A DNA stretch of 29,083 bases from a virus (Duplodnaviria; Caudoviricetes): positions 1-29,083 of the IMG/VR virus record IMGVR_UViG_3300008255_000376, one strand, 5' to 3'. The position numbers were made by a program, and so were the translations under genes. This document shows, piece after piece, positions 7,800 to 17,461 of this stretch. The notes beneath the pieces were generated by a model, which did not search any database, was not told the DNA's origin, and saw only the letters and a program-made list of their open reading frames with translations. Each line of letters opens with the position of its first letter. Position 1 is the stretch's first letter.

Positions 7800-10091
7800 A
7801 TGATTAGTCTTTGCCTTATTGTAAAAGCGGACAATAAAGAAGCAAAATTATTGGATAATTGTTTGAAATCTATTTACAAATGGGTTGATGAGATTTGTAT
7901 TACAACAGAACAAAATAAAGAAATTGAGAAAGTAGCAAAAAAATATAATGCCAAAATATCTTATTTTGAATGGATAAATGATTTTGCTCAAGCCAGAAAT
8001 TTTAATTTTAGTCAAGTAAAGGGAGATTGGATTTTGTGGGCAGATAGTGATGATATAATTGAAGGTGGGCAATATCTTGGAAAAGTTTTGGAAAGAATGA
8101 AAGAAGAAGGAGCAGATATTGGAGTATTGGATTATTTATATGATTTTGATAAATGGGGGAATGTAGTAGTTCAACACAAAAAAGCCCGCATTATTAAAAA
8201 TGATGGTTGTGTCAAATGGGTAGGAAAATTACACGAGGATTTAATGCCCCAAAGAGAAGTTAAATCTTATTTCATAGAGAATATAAAAATAATCCATAAA
8301 TCACCGCTAGAAAGAAAAGAAGAAGCAAAAGAAAGAAATCTTGAAATAGCACTTTTACAATTAAAAGAAGTTCCAGATGACCCAAAATGTATTTGGGATG
8401 TGGCTAATGCTTATTCATCTTTAGGAAAACATAAAGAGGCAATTCAGTATTATTTAAAATTTATTCCTGAAACAGGTTCGGAAGAGGAGAAATTCCTTGC
8501 CTGGCATAGAATGGCAGGGGCAATGAGAGATTTGGGATTATTTAATGAAGCGATTGAATCAGAATGGGAAGCAATGAAATTAAGACCTTGGTATCCAGAT
8601 GCTTATTTGGGATTAGGAGAAATTTATTACAAAATGGGAAAACCAAAATACGCCAAAGAATTTTTGGTAACAGGAATGGCAAAACCAGTTCCTGAAGATA
8701 CGGCAATTGTCTGGAATCCCAGAGATTACGATTATAACCCTTTGAGGATTTTATCAAGAGTTTATTTTGAATTGAATCGCCCAGAAGATGCCAAAAAATG
8801 TTTGGAACAATGCTTGAGACTCTATCCTAAAAATCAGGATATTAAAAATACAATTCAGGTTTTAGATAAGGAAATCAAGAAATTACAAGAGATAGATATA
8901 ATTTATGAGAAAGTCCAAAAAGCCAAAACATTGGAAGAGATTAAAAAACTTATTGATTCAGCCCCTTTTGAATTGAAATGTCATCCTAAACTGGTTTATT
9001 TAAAAAATGTCCATTTTATTAAAGATAAATCTTCGGGAAGAGATTTGGTGATTTATTGCTATCAGACAGATGAGCCATTTGACCCAGATATTATTTTGAA
9101 AAAAGGAAGAGGCGGGTCAGAAGAAGCGGTTTATCATATTTCAAAAAGATTAGCGAATTTGGGCTGGAATGTAACGGTATATTGTAATTGTGGTTATAAA
9201 GAAAGAAAATTTGGTAAAGTTTTATGGAAACCTTGGTGGTCTTTCAACCCCAGAGATAAACAGGATATTTTAGTGGTTTGGAGACATCCAGGCATATTTG
9301 AGATAGAAGGAATTAATGCCAAGAAAAAATATGTCTGGATTCACGATATTTTAACACCGCAGGAATTTACATTAAGAAGATTAGAACAAATAAATAAGAT
9401 TATTGCTCTTTCTAAATGGCAAAGAGATTTATTTCTCAATATCCCAGATGAGAAGTTTATGATTTCGTCTAACGGGATTGAGCCGAAAATGTTTGAAAAG
9501 AAAGTTAAAAGAAATCCTTATAGATTAATTTATACCAGTTCTTACGACAGAGGGCTTGAAACTTTATTAAGATTATTTCCGCTTATTAAAAAAGAAATTC
9601 CTAAAGCTGAATTACATATATTTTACGGCTGGGAATTATGGGATAAGGTTCATTCAGAAAATCCAGAAATGCTGGCGAAAAAAGAAACAATTTTGAAGTT
9701 ATTAAACCAACCAGGAGTTTATGAACACGGCAGGATTTCTCAAGAACGAATAATCGAAGAATATCAAAAATCAAGCATACTGGCTTATCCTACTGAATTT
9801 GGAGAAATATCTTTTATTAGCGGAATGAAAGCCCAAGTAGCAGGATGTATTCCAATTACTACTACTGCTGGTTGTTTAGATGAGACAATACAATTTGGAT
9901 TAAAAGTGGATAGTAAAAATATTTATTCCAATATAGATGCTCAAAAAGAATGGGTTGAAGGAGTGATAAATGTTCTTAAAAATCCGCCTTCAGAAAAAGA
10001 AAGAGAGGAAATGAAAAATTGGGCAAGACAAAAATTTAATTGGAATAATGTTAGTCAACAATGGAACAAAGAATTCCTATCATCAAATTAG
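7800..10091 (+). CDS. GT2-TPR-GT4 multidomain glycosyltransferase
   Basis: N-terminal ISLCLIVK...DFAQARNF...WILWADSDD...WVGKLHE (GT-A fold, SunS/flagellin-GT-like); central TPR helices; C-terminal GGSEEAV...YTSSYDRGL...YPTEFGEIS (GT-B fold). Likely start is ATG 7800. Confidence 0.9.
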   Translation: MISLCLIVKADNKEAKLLDNCLKSIYKWVDEICITTEQNKEIEKVAKKYNAKISYFEWINDFAQARNFNFSQVKGDWILWADSDDIIEGGQYLGKVLERMKEEGADIGVLDYLYDFDKWGNVVVQHKKARIIKNDGCVKWVGKLHEDLMPQREVKSYFIENIKIIHKSPLERKEEAKERNLEIALLQLKEVPDDPKCIWDVANAYSSLGKHKEAIQYYLKFIPETGSEEEKFLAWHRMAGAMRDLGLFNEAIESEWEAMKLRPWYPDAYLGLGEIYYKMGKPKYAKEFLVTGMAKPVPEDTAIVWNPRDYDYNPLRILSRVYFELNRPEDAKKCLEQCLRLYPKNQDIKNTIQVLDKEIKKLQEIDIIYEKVQKAKTLEEIKKLIDSAPFELKCHPKLVYLKNVHFIKDKSSGRDLVIYCYQTDEPFDPDIILKKGRGGSEEAVYHISKRLANLGWNVTVYCNCGYKERKFGKVLWKPWWSFNPRDKQDILVVWRHPGIFEIEGINAKKKYVWIHDILTPQEFTLRRLEQINKIIALSKWQRDLFLNIPDEKFMISSNGIEPKMFEKKVKRNPYRLIYTSSYDRGLETLLRLFPLIKKEIPKAELHIFYGWELWDKVHSENPEMLAKKETILKLLNQPGVYEHGRISQERIIEEYQKSSILAYPTEFGEISFISGMKAQVAGCIPITTTAGCLDETIQFGLKVDSKNIYSNIDAQKEWVEGVINVLKNPPSEKEREEMKNWARQKFNWNNVSQQWNKEFLSSN

Positions 10092-10648
10092 CCAGATTTA
10101 CTTGGATTAGAAATCAATGTTCAAATTCTGACAAAATAATAGATATTGGAAGTAATAAGGGATATACTTTTACAGATTTTTATAGGAAAAATATAGTTTC
10201 AGTTGATATTGATTTATATGATATAGAGAATTTTGTTAAAGCCGATGCCCATAATTTACCTTTTAAAGATAAAGAATTTGATATAGCAGTTTTGGGAGAG
10301 ATTTTAGAACATGTTGAAGACCCAATTCAAGTTTTAAAAGAGGCAAAAAGGGTGGCTAACAAAATTGTGATTACTGTTCCTAATGAATATGAATGGACAG
10401 AAGAATTAAATCCTTTTATGCCAGCCGAAGAAGCAGCAAGAAGACAAGGATTAACTTTAGAAGAAATGGTAAAAAAAGATAATCCCGCCAAAGAACATTA
10501 TTCAGCTGATGGATATAAACACATATTTCACAATCGTTATTATACTTATGAAATGTTAGAAAATCATTTAAAAGAAGCTGGAATAAAAAATTATAAAATA
10601 TCAAAATTGATTCACGATAAATTTGTCTTTTGGGTAGTAATATGTTAA
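10061..10648 (+). CDS. Class I SAM-dependent methyltransferase (Methyltransf_11-like)
   Basis: IIDIGSNKG, ADAHNLPFKDKEFD, EILEHVEDP, LKEAKRV. Confidence 0.88.
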   Translation: MEQRIPIIKLARFTWIRNQCSNSDKIIDIGSNKGYTFTDFYRKNIVSVDIDLYDIENFVKADAHNLPFKDKEFDIAVLGEILEHVEDPIQVLKEAKRVANKIVITVPNEYEWTEELNPFMPAEEAARRQGLTLEEMVKKDNPAKEHYSADGYKHIFHNRYYTYEMLENHLKEAGIKNYKISKLIHDKFVFWVVIC

Positions 10649-11595
10649 TCAAGTTAGCATTTGTCTGGGACTGGGCAAATACTATTCCCCAATTAACAAA
10701 TTGGAAAGATGGATTGGCTGCTGCTTTAAAAATTTTATCAAATGAATGGGAAATCAAGGTTTATAGTATAGGACAGGATATGGTTTTTCCTGCTCCTTAT
10801 ATGCCGATTATTTTGAAATCCTCACCAGAATTATTAGCAAAAGAAATCCTTGATTTTAAGCCTGATGCAATATTGTTCTTTGCTGATTTTACCAGACCAA
10901 CTATCCCTCATTTAGCTGGGAAAGGAATACCAATGGCTTTATGTTTAGCTGGCGGAACCTTTAGAAATTATGTTGATGCTTTTGATTTGATTTTTGTAGA
11001 ATCAGAGGTCTATAAAAATCAGCTTGAAAGCGAAGGAAAAAATGTTATCAAAGCATTTGGGACGAATACAGAACTTTTTAAACCGATAAAACAACCGAAA
11101 ATCTGGGATGCTATTTTTCCTGCTACTTTTGCTCGTTGGAAAAGACATTATCTATTCGCTGGGGCAACAGGAAATACAGGGTTAGCAGTTGGTTGGATAT
11201 ATCAAGGTCACGAAACAGAATGTTGGCAGGTTTGCCAAGAAAAAGGAACAATGGTTTTGCCCTATGTAGATGCTGAAACTTTGAATTATCTTTATAATGC
11301 TTCCAGAACTTGCGTGATAACTTCTGATAAAACTGGTGGAAGTCAAAGAACGGTCTTGGAAACAATGGCAACTAACATACCAGTAATTGTTATGGCAGAT
11401 AGTGATAAAACTACAGAATATGTAAAAGAATGCGGAATAGGAGAAATAGTAGAACCAAGTGTAGAAGCAATCCAAAAAGCAGTAGAAAAATGGAAAAACA
11501 AACAAGTCAATACGAGAGAGTGGGTGATAAAGAATTATTCAGCAGAAATTTACGCCAAAAAGTTGAAGGAAGGAATCTTGAGTATATGCCCTTAA
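10642..11595 (+). CDS. GT4-family (GT-B) glycosyltransferase
   Basis: GTNTELFKP, WKRH, LNYLYNASRTCVITS...GSQRTVLETMATNIPVIV. Likely start is ATG 10642. Confidence 0.85.
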   Translation: MLIKLAFVWDWANTIPQLTNWKDGLAAALKILSNEWEIKVYSIGQDMVFPAPYMPIILKSSPELLAKEILDFKPDAILFFADFTRPTIPHLAGKGIPMALCLAGGTFRNYVDAFDLIFVESEVYKNQLESEGKNVIKAFGTNTELFKPIKQPKIWDAIFPATFARWKRHYLFAGATGNTGLAVGWIYQGHETECWQVCQEKGTMVLPYVDAETLNYLYNASRTCVITSDKTGGSQRTVLETMATNIPVIVMADSDKTTEYVKECGIGEIVEPSVEAIQKAVEKWKNKQVNTREWVIKNYSAEIYAKKLKEGILSICP

Positions 11596-12227
11596 TTTCA
11601 ATTCTTACGCCAACGATTCGTCCAAAAGGATTAGAAATTGTCCAGAAATGTCTTGCTGAACAAACTTATCAAGGCTTTGAATGGTTAGTAGAAGTAGGGA
11701 TACCCGAAAAAGGAAATGATTTATGTAAAGCCATTAACCGAATGTTAAAAAGAGCAAAGGGAAAATGGATAGTAATGCTACAAGATTATATCAAGATTTT
11801 GCCTGATGGATTAGAAAGATTTTTAAAAGTAGCAGATGAAAAAAAGTTTATTACTGGCTCAATGGGGATTACCGAAGATTGGAAAGATATTAAATGGGAC
11901 TGGCGGGCTTTTAGAAAGTTTGAGCCAATTCAATATCACGAATGCGAGGCAGATTGGATGATAGCACCTAAGAAAGCATTTTTTGAGCTTGGCGGATATG
12001 ATGAGGAATACGATAATTACTGGGGAATGGAAAATGTTAATATAGCTTTTCGGGCAGAAAAATTAGGATATACTTTTTGGGTTTTGTCTGACAATAAAGC
12101 TATTCAATGGGCTCACGATAAATTTATAAAACATCCTTTTCGTGCTCGTTGGAACCCCCTATTTCATCAAGATAAAATAAGACAAATTGATATGGGCGAA
12201 AGTCCAATCAAATTAAATTATCTATGA
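11586..12227 (+). CDS. GT2-family (GT-A) glycosyltransferase
   Basis: ISILTPTIRP...QTYQGFEWLV...AKGKWIVMLQD...GGYDEEY...WGMENVNIAFR. Likely start is ATG 11586. Confidence 0.85.
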   Translation: MPLISILTPTIRPKGLEIVQKCLAEQTYQGFEWLVEVGIPEKGNDLCKAINRMLKRAKGKWIVMLQDYIKILPDGLERFLKVADEKKFITGSMGITEDWKDIKWDWRAFRKFEPIQYHECEADWMIAPKKAFFELGGYDEEYDNYWGMENVNIAFRAEKLGYTFWVLSDNKAIQWAHDKFIKHPFRARWNPLFHQDKIRQIDMGESPIKLNYL

Positions 12228-12970
12228 CAATTACTACTCTTCAAGATTATATTGACGACATTGCTAATACCGATAGCGATTCTTATTCAGCTACTAACAA
12301 AAAAGCGGCACTTACTCGTTGGGCTCATATTCTTACAGAAGAAGTTATAGATGCCCAAGATGATTGGGATTTTCAGGGAGAAATAGCCACTGCCGATTTG
12401 GCGGCTAACCAAAGGGAATATTCATTTCCTTCTGATATTCTTAAAATTAAAAGAATTGATTTGATGTTAGATGGTTCAAATTGGACTCGGACTTATTGGA
12501 TAGATGAATCAGAAATTCAAAGTTCTATTGCTTCCGAGTCAGATATTGCAGAAAACTTTGATAATTCTGAACCCTATATTGCCTTAATGGATGATAGTTT
12601 CTTTATTTTTTCTGGAACGATTACTGCTGTAACTGCTGGAATTAAGATTTGGTATTCAGAAGAAATAGTCGGTAAAGATACCACTGGAGCTGATGTTACT
12701 TCTTTTACTGCTGATACTGATACTCCTAATATAAGAGCTTTCGCCCAAATGGGTTTAGTTTATGGTTCGGTTTTGGACTGGGCAGAAACAAGAGACCCAG
12801 CTTTGGCTAATAGAATGAACATTCGGCTTTTTGGATATAGCGGAGGAAGACCTGCTGATTCTGCTTCAACTGGGGGGATAATGGGAAGAATAAGAAACTT
12901 TTATTCTCGGAGAATAGCTGATAAAAAAATACTAATTTCATCATTATCGAGCATTGAAAACTATGAGTAG
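12224..12970 (+). CDS. Putative head-tail adaptor/connector protein
   Basis: Acidic 248 aa with QREYSFPSDILKIKRI, a segment typical of adaptor proteins; first gene after the head module. Confidence 0.6.
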   Translation: MTITTLQDYIDDIANTDSDSYSATNKKAALTRWAHILTEEVIDAQDDWDFQGEIATADLAANQREYSFPSDILKIKRIDLMLDGSNWTRTYWIDESEIQSSIASESDIAENFDNSEPYIALMDDSFFIFSGTITAVTAGIKIWYSEEIVGKDTTGADVTSFTADTDTPNIRAFAQMGLVYGSVLDWAETRDPALANRMNIRLFGYSGGRPADSASTGGIMGRIRNFYSRRIADKKILISSLSSIENYE

Positions 12971-13166
12971 TACTTCTTGGACAAAAAGAAGCAAACCTTC
13001 AACCACTTTCACCGATAGAACCAAACCTTCAATAATTTATCTTTGGGGAGCAGATTATTATCCTTGGTTAGCAACTAATTATCCTTGGTTAAAAGAGAAT
13101 ACAAATCCCGAATATACGGATAGGTCAGTGATTTCAACTGGCTGGACTGAAAGAACCAAACCTTAA
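12963..13166 (+). CDS. Small Ser/Thr-rich repeat protein
   Basis: Four (W/F/Y)TxR(S/T) repeats, three followed by KP, plus two YPWL repeats. Confidence 0.7.
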   Translation: MSSTSWTKRSKPSTTFTDRTKPSIIYLWGADYYPWLATNYPWLKENTNPEYTDRSVISTGWTERTKP

Positions 13167-13184
13167 TAATTTTATTCTAATTTT

Positions 13185-14333
13185 ATGAGCACAATTACAG
13201 ATTTAGGAGCAACAGACCCAGGAGATACAAGCAGAGGTGTAATTAACACCAACTTTTCTAATTTAAACACAGACAAAGCTGAAAAAGCTGATATTCAGAA
13301 AGATAGCTATAATTATGCAGCAGATACAGGAGTGGCTGATGCTTATGTTGTGACTTTAACTCCTGTTCCAGCCGTTTATGCCACAGGAATGAGAGTTGTT
13401 TTTAAGGCGGCAAACACTAACACTGGGGCTTCTACTTTAAATGTTAATTCTTTGGGGCTGAAAACTATTAAGAAATTAGTTACTCAAGATTTGGCGGCAG
13501 GAGATATAACTCAAAATGCTATTGTTTCGGTTGTTTATGACGGAACTTATTTTCAAATAGAAGGAATAGTTCCTGGAGTTGTTTATACTTCAGGAGACCA
13601 GACAATTGCTGGGGTTAAGACTTTTAGTTCTATTCCTGTTTTACCCGCTTCTAATCCGACTGCGAATAATGAAGCAGTAAGAAAATTATATGTTGAAGAA
13701 AAGGTTGGTTTGGGCTCGTTATATTTTCCGAGTTACTTAAAAATAGATGCTGATTTGGGTTGGACTATTAGTGCGGATATAATAATTTATTATGCGAATG
13801 GAATTTATATAAATAAAAGCAATGCCCCAAGAGCTCCACAAGCAGTAAGTTCGTCGTTAACGGGAAAGACCGATAGCCACGGAGCATTAAATTGGAATAG
13901 TGGAATTGATTTAACGGTTGCTTTTATGGGAATATGTTCCATATCTGTTGGGGGAGGAAACTATATTCGTAGTTTTTTCGGGCTTTCTACAACCACAGAC
14001 CACGCAGATATTTTGGGAGACATAACGAATGTGACACGAAGAGTCGGTTTCGCCCATAACGGGGGGAAAATATATGCCATATGTGCTAATGGAACGAATG
14101 TATCAGCAGTTGAAATTGTCGGAACGGATAGTCAATTAAAAAGAAAATACTCCATTGAATTTACGACATCTGCGGTAAAGTTTTATATTGACGGAGAATT
14201 ACTAACGACAATCACGACTTATATTCCAAACGATGCCAATGTTATTTATTTTAACTTCAGTGAATTTTCTAGTGCGGTAGGGGCAAGAGAAATTACTTTG
14301 TCTGATGTTGTTATGTTTGAAACAATAATTTAA
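13185..14333 (+). CDS. Tail fiber/spike-like virion protein
   Basis: YAADTG..DAY...FKAANTNTGASTLNVN and GDQTIAGVKTFSS fiber-type motifs; C-terminal beta-rich, lectin-like region. Confidence 0.7.
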   Translation: MSTITDLGATDPGDTSRGVINTNFSNLNTDKAEKADIQKDSYNYAADTGVADAYVVTLTPVPAVYATGMRVVFKAANTNTGASTLNVNSLGLKTIKKLVTQDLAAGDITQNAIVSVVYDGTYFQIEGIVPGVVYTSGDQTIAGVKTFSSIPVLPASNPTANNEAVRKLYVEEKVGLGSLYFPSYLKIDADLGWTISADIIIYYANGIYINKSNAPRAPQAVSSSLTGKTDSHGALNWNSGIDLTVAFMGICSISVGGGNYIRSFFGLSTTTDHADILGDITNVTRRVGFAHNGGKIYAICANGTNVSAVEIVGTDSQLKRKYSIEFTTSAVKFYIDGELLTTITTYIPNDANVIYFNFSEFSSAVGAREITLSDVVMFETII

Positions 14334-14335
14334 CA

Positions 14336-15769
14336 ATGAAGGAACCAATAATCCAAATTCAAGATTTTAAAGGAGGAATGACTTTGAATGATAAAATGGG
14401 ACGAGAAGATGCTTTTCATATCGGTAAAAGTTTAGATTTTTTTTCAAGAATAGGATTTCTGACAGTAGGACACGCTTGGAAAAATATAACTTATGCTGCT
14501 TCGGAAAGCTTACCAACAGAATTTAATTGTATGATATATGCCAAAAAAGATGGGAAGAAATACTTTGGCGGGAATGATGGAAAGATTTATCGGGAAGCAA
14601 CTGATGGAACATTAGAAGTTGTCAGGACTATCACAGGAGCAGTGATTAAAGGTTTGGCGGAATATAAAGATTATCTTTATTACGCCACAGACACGGCTCT
14701 CGGAAAATGGGACTTTGACGCTACTTGGAACGACTCTTGGCAAACATTAAATTCGGTTGATTGGCATCATATGATTATTCAGGCGGCTAAATTGTATATT
14801 GGTAATGGACAATATGTGGCAACTTATGATGGAACTAACTGGGCGGCACAGGGATTGGATTTAGATACTGGTTGGGTAGTTAGATGTTTAGCACCATTTG
14901 GATTAACCAATATCGTCATTGGGGCTAATTTTGGAAGTGTTAAGTGTGATGTTTTGATATGGGATAGAACAGCCGTTTCTTGGAACGATACTATACCAAT
15001 TCCAGAAAATATAATTCAGGCAATGGTCTATAATTCAGGTTATTTATGGATTTGGGCGGGAAGTTCTTGCAATATCTATGTTTGTGCCGAAGGTTCAAGG
15101 CAGGCGATAAAAGTATGGTCATTTACCAGAGAAGACCCATTAGAAGATTTTAATGTTTATCCCTATGCGGTGGCAGTTAGAAAAGGAACGGTTTATTGCG
15201 GATTGAGTGATGTAGATGACGCTTCGGTAGATAGAAATCCATCAGGCATTTATAGTTTTCCCTTAGAGCCGAGTAAGTTTGCTTTGAATATCCCGATTAA
15301 AAAAACTGGGTATGATGAGAGATATAAAAGCATAGCCAATATGGGAACTACCAATACTTTGTATATTGGGTTCAGGGATTATATTTCTGCTGGGTCTGAA
15401 TACAATAACTTAAAAAGAGAAGAAACAATAGATGAAGCATCGCCTTATTCTGATACGGCAGAATATGAAAGTTTCTATTTCAGAGCCCCTAAAAATAAAA
15501 AACTGATGACAGAACAACTTGGGATTACAATGGATACTTTGCCAGCAGGTTGTAATCTGACACTTTCTTACAAAAAAGACGCCCAGACTTCTTATACGGT
15601 TCTTTTCAGCGATTTTTCAACTGCCAATAGCATTGAGAAAAAGGTCGATAAAAGAATTGAAGCCCAAAGAATAAAATTAAAATTAGAATTAAGAGGAAGT
15701 TTGACTACTACAGCAAGACCTTATATTGATTCTTTATTCGCCACTGGCGAACTTATTAATAGAATTTAA
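14336..15769 (+). CDS. Putative tail nozzle/hub (beta-propeller; P22 gp10/T7 gp12 position)
   Basis: N-terminal IQDFKGG, beta-rich propeller-like repeats, C-terminal RIKLKLEL. Confidence 0.6.
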   Translation: MKEPIIQIQDFKGGMTLNDKMGREDAFHIGKSLDFFSRIGFLTVGHAWKNITYAASESLPTEFNCMIYAKKDGKKYFGGNDGKIYREATDGTLEVVRTITGAVIKGLAEYKDYLYYATDTALGKWDFDATWNDSWQTLNSVDWHHMIIQAAKLYIGNGQYVATYDGTNWAAQGLDLDTGWVVRCLAPFGLTNIVIGANFGSVKCDVLIWDRTAVSWNDTIPIPENIIQAMVYNSGYLWIWAGSSCNIYVCAEGSRQAIKVWSFTREDPLEDFNVYPYAVAVRKGTVYCGLSDVDDASVDRNPSGIYSFPLEPSKFALNIPIKKTGYDERYKSIANMGTTNTLYIGFRDYISAGSEYNNLKREETIDEASPYSDTAEYESFYFRAPKNKKLMTEQLGITMDTLPAGCNLTLSYKKDAQTSYTVLFSDFSTANSIEKKVDKRIEAQRIKLKLELRGSLTTTARPYIDSLFATGELINRI

Positions 15770-15770
15770 T

Positions 15771-16076
15771 ATGCCAGAACTAACATTAGAACAATTAAAT
15801 CAGCAGATAATAGAAATCCAACAAGTCCAACAAAAAATTCAAGATGATATTCAACAATTAACCAAAGCCAAAACAGATGAAACTTTTATATCAAAGAAAG
15901 AGAAATTTTCCAATTTGGTTGATGATTTAAATATTATTGAAGTAGTAAGTTCAGTTCCTACTCATATTCCAGTTCATCCTCTTAAAAAAATAGTTTTGTA
16001 TATTAGTGGTGCTACTTATCGTCTTTATATTTATGATTCAGCGAATCAAACTTGGCGGTATTGTTCACTCACATAA
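15771..16076 (+). CDS. Small coiled-coil virion protein
   Basis: ATG at 15771 after the previous stop; Q-rich heptads followed by a short beta segment. Confidence 0.65.
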   Translation: MPELTLEQLNQQIIEIQQVQQKIQDDIQQLTKAKTDETFISKKEKFSNLVDDLNIIEVVSSVPTHIPVHPLKKIVLYISGATYRLYIYDSANQTWRYCSLT

Positions 16077-16085
16077 CATAAAATT

Positions 16086-17459
16086 ATGGCACAATACACA
16101 CCAGAACAAGTAAAAGCAATTAATATTCAACGAGAACAGAGATATGCGGCAGGATTAAGCCCATATACTGGTGCTTTGGTTAATCCAGAAATGGCGGCTT
16201 TTCATGCAGGAGGAGGTGTGATAGGAACGCCCCAAATTCCTACCACAGAAATTGACATATCTAAACTTTCAGCAAAAACTCCTGAAGCTTTTAATCAGGC
16301 GGTTTTAGGTATTCTGAATAAAGCAGGGGCAATAACATTTGAAAGTGAAACACAAAGAAAGCAATGGGAAGAAATACAAAAATCAGTTTCTGAACAGCAA
16401 AAAGGTTGGTTTCAAAAACAATTAGAGATGATATCAGCAAGACCAAAATTAGATATGGAGGTAAAACAAAAAGCCCTTCAAGAACAATATGGAATTCCAG
16501 AATATTATAAAGAAATTCAAAAATTAACTCCTGAGATTATCGGATTACAAAATAGATTAGTTACATTACAACAAAGAGAAAGTGCGGGAATGATGGCACT
16601 TGAACAACAGCCGATTGGTTTACCCGCTATTGTCGGGGAACAAGTAACTTTCCAAAAGAATATCGCAGTTGAAAGGGCGGGGTTATCGGCTGAATTAGGA
16701 GCAAAAGCCGCTATCGCTGAAATGTATAGAGGGAACATAACTTTAGCCCGAAGCCTGATTTCAGATACAACTCAGGCTTTGATTTATGATTACAACCAAA
16801 AAATCGCTGACTGGGATTTGACTTATGACTTATATGGGGATTATTTCAAGACATTAGATAACACAACCCAAAAAGCATTGGACAGGTCTTATACAGAATT
16901 AACAAAACAAAGAGATAAAGCTGAAGCAGATATTAAACAAAATTTGACTTGGTATATTGATGCTGTTAGCAAAAAAGCTCCATTATCTTGGACTATGCAG
17001 CAGATTAAGACATTGCCTCCAATAGAAGCGGGAAGGCAGTATGCGAAGGCGATGGCACAAGTGCCAGAAAAAGGAGTAATCGTCCCAGGGGAAGAGCCTG
17101 CTCCTAATATGAGAAGTATGGTTCAAAGATATTTAACAGCTCCGCCAGAAGAGCAAGAAAGATATATTCCTTCTGCTCCTTACCAACAAGCTGATTTTTG
17201 GACTGAAGTTGATTGGTTAATGTCTCAACAACCAGAAATCGGGAGACCCCAAATAGAAGCTGAATTTTTTGGAGATAAACAAGGAGGAATGCCTCTCGAA
17301 AGTGCGATAACTTTATATGGAAAAGATTTAGGAGAGAATTGGATTAGGGAACAATATAAAACAGAAATTACTCCAAAAGGGAAACCTTGGTGGCAAAAAG
17401 CTGTTGAATGGACGACTTTACCGTTCACTTATCCTTATCAACAATTATTTAAGAAATAA
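16086..17459 (+). CDS. Putative internal virion/ejection protein
   Basis: Q/A-rich helical 457 aa downstream of the nozzle; assignment from position only. Confidence 0.5.
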   Translation: MAQYTPEQVKAINIQREQRYAAGLSPYTGALVNPEMAAFHAGGGVIGTPQIPTTEIDISKLSAKTPEAFNQAVLGILNKAGAITFESETQRKQWEEIQKSVSEQQKGWFQKQLEMISARPKLDMEVKQKALQEQYGIPEYYKEIQKLTPEIIGLQNRLVTLQQRESAGMMALEQQPIGLPAIVGEQVTFQKNIAVERAGLSAELGAKAAIAEMYRGNITLARSLISDTTQALIYDYNQKIADWDLTYDLYGDYFKTLDNTTQKALDRSYTELTKQRDKAEADIKQNLTWYIDAVSKKAPLSWTMQQIKTLPPIEAGRQYAKAMAQVPEKGVIVPGEEPAPNMRSMVQRYLTAPPEEQERYIPSAPYQQADFWTEVDWLMSQQPEIGRPQIEAEFFGDKQGGMPLESAITLYGKDLGENWIREQYKTEITPKGKPWWQKAVEWTTLPFTYPYQQLFKK

Positions 17460-17461
17460 TT

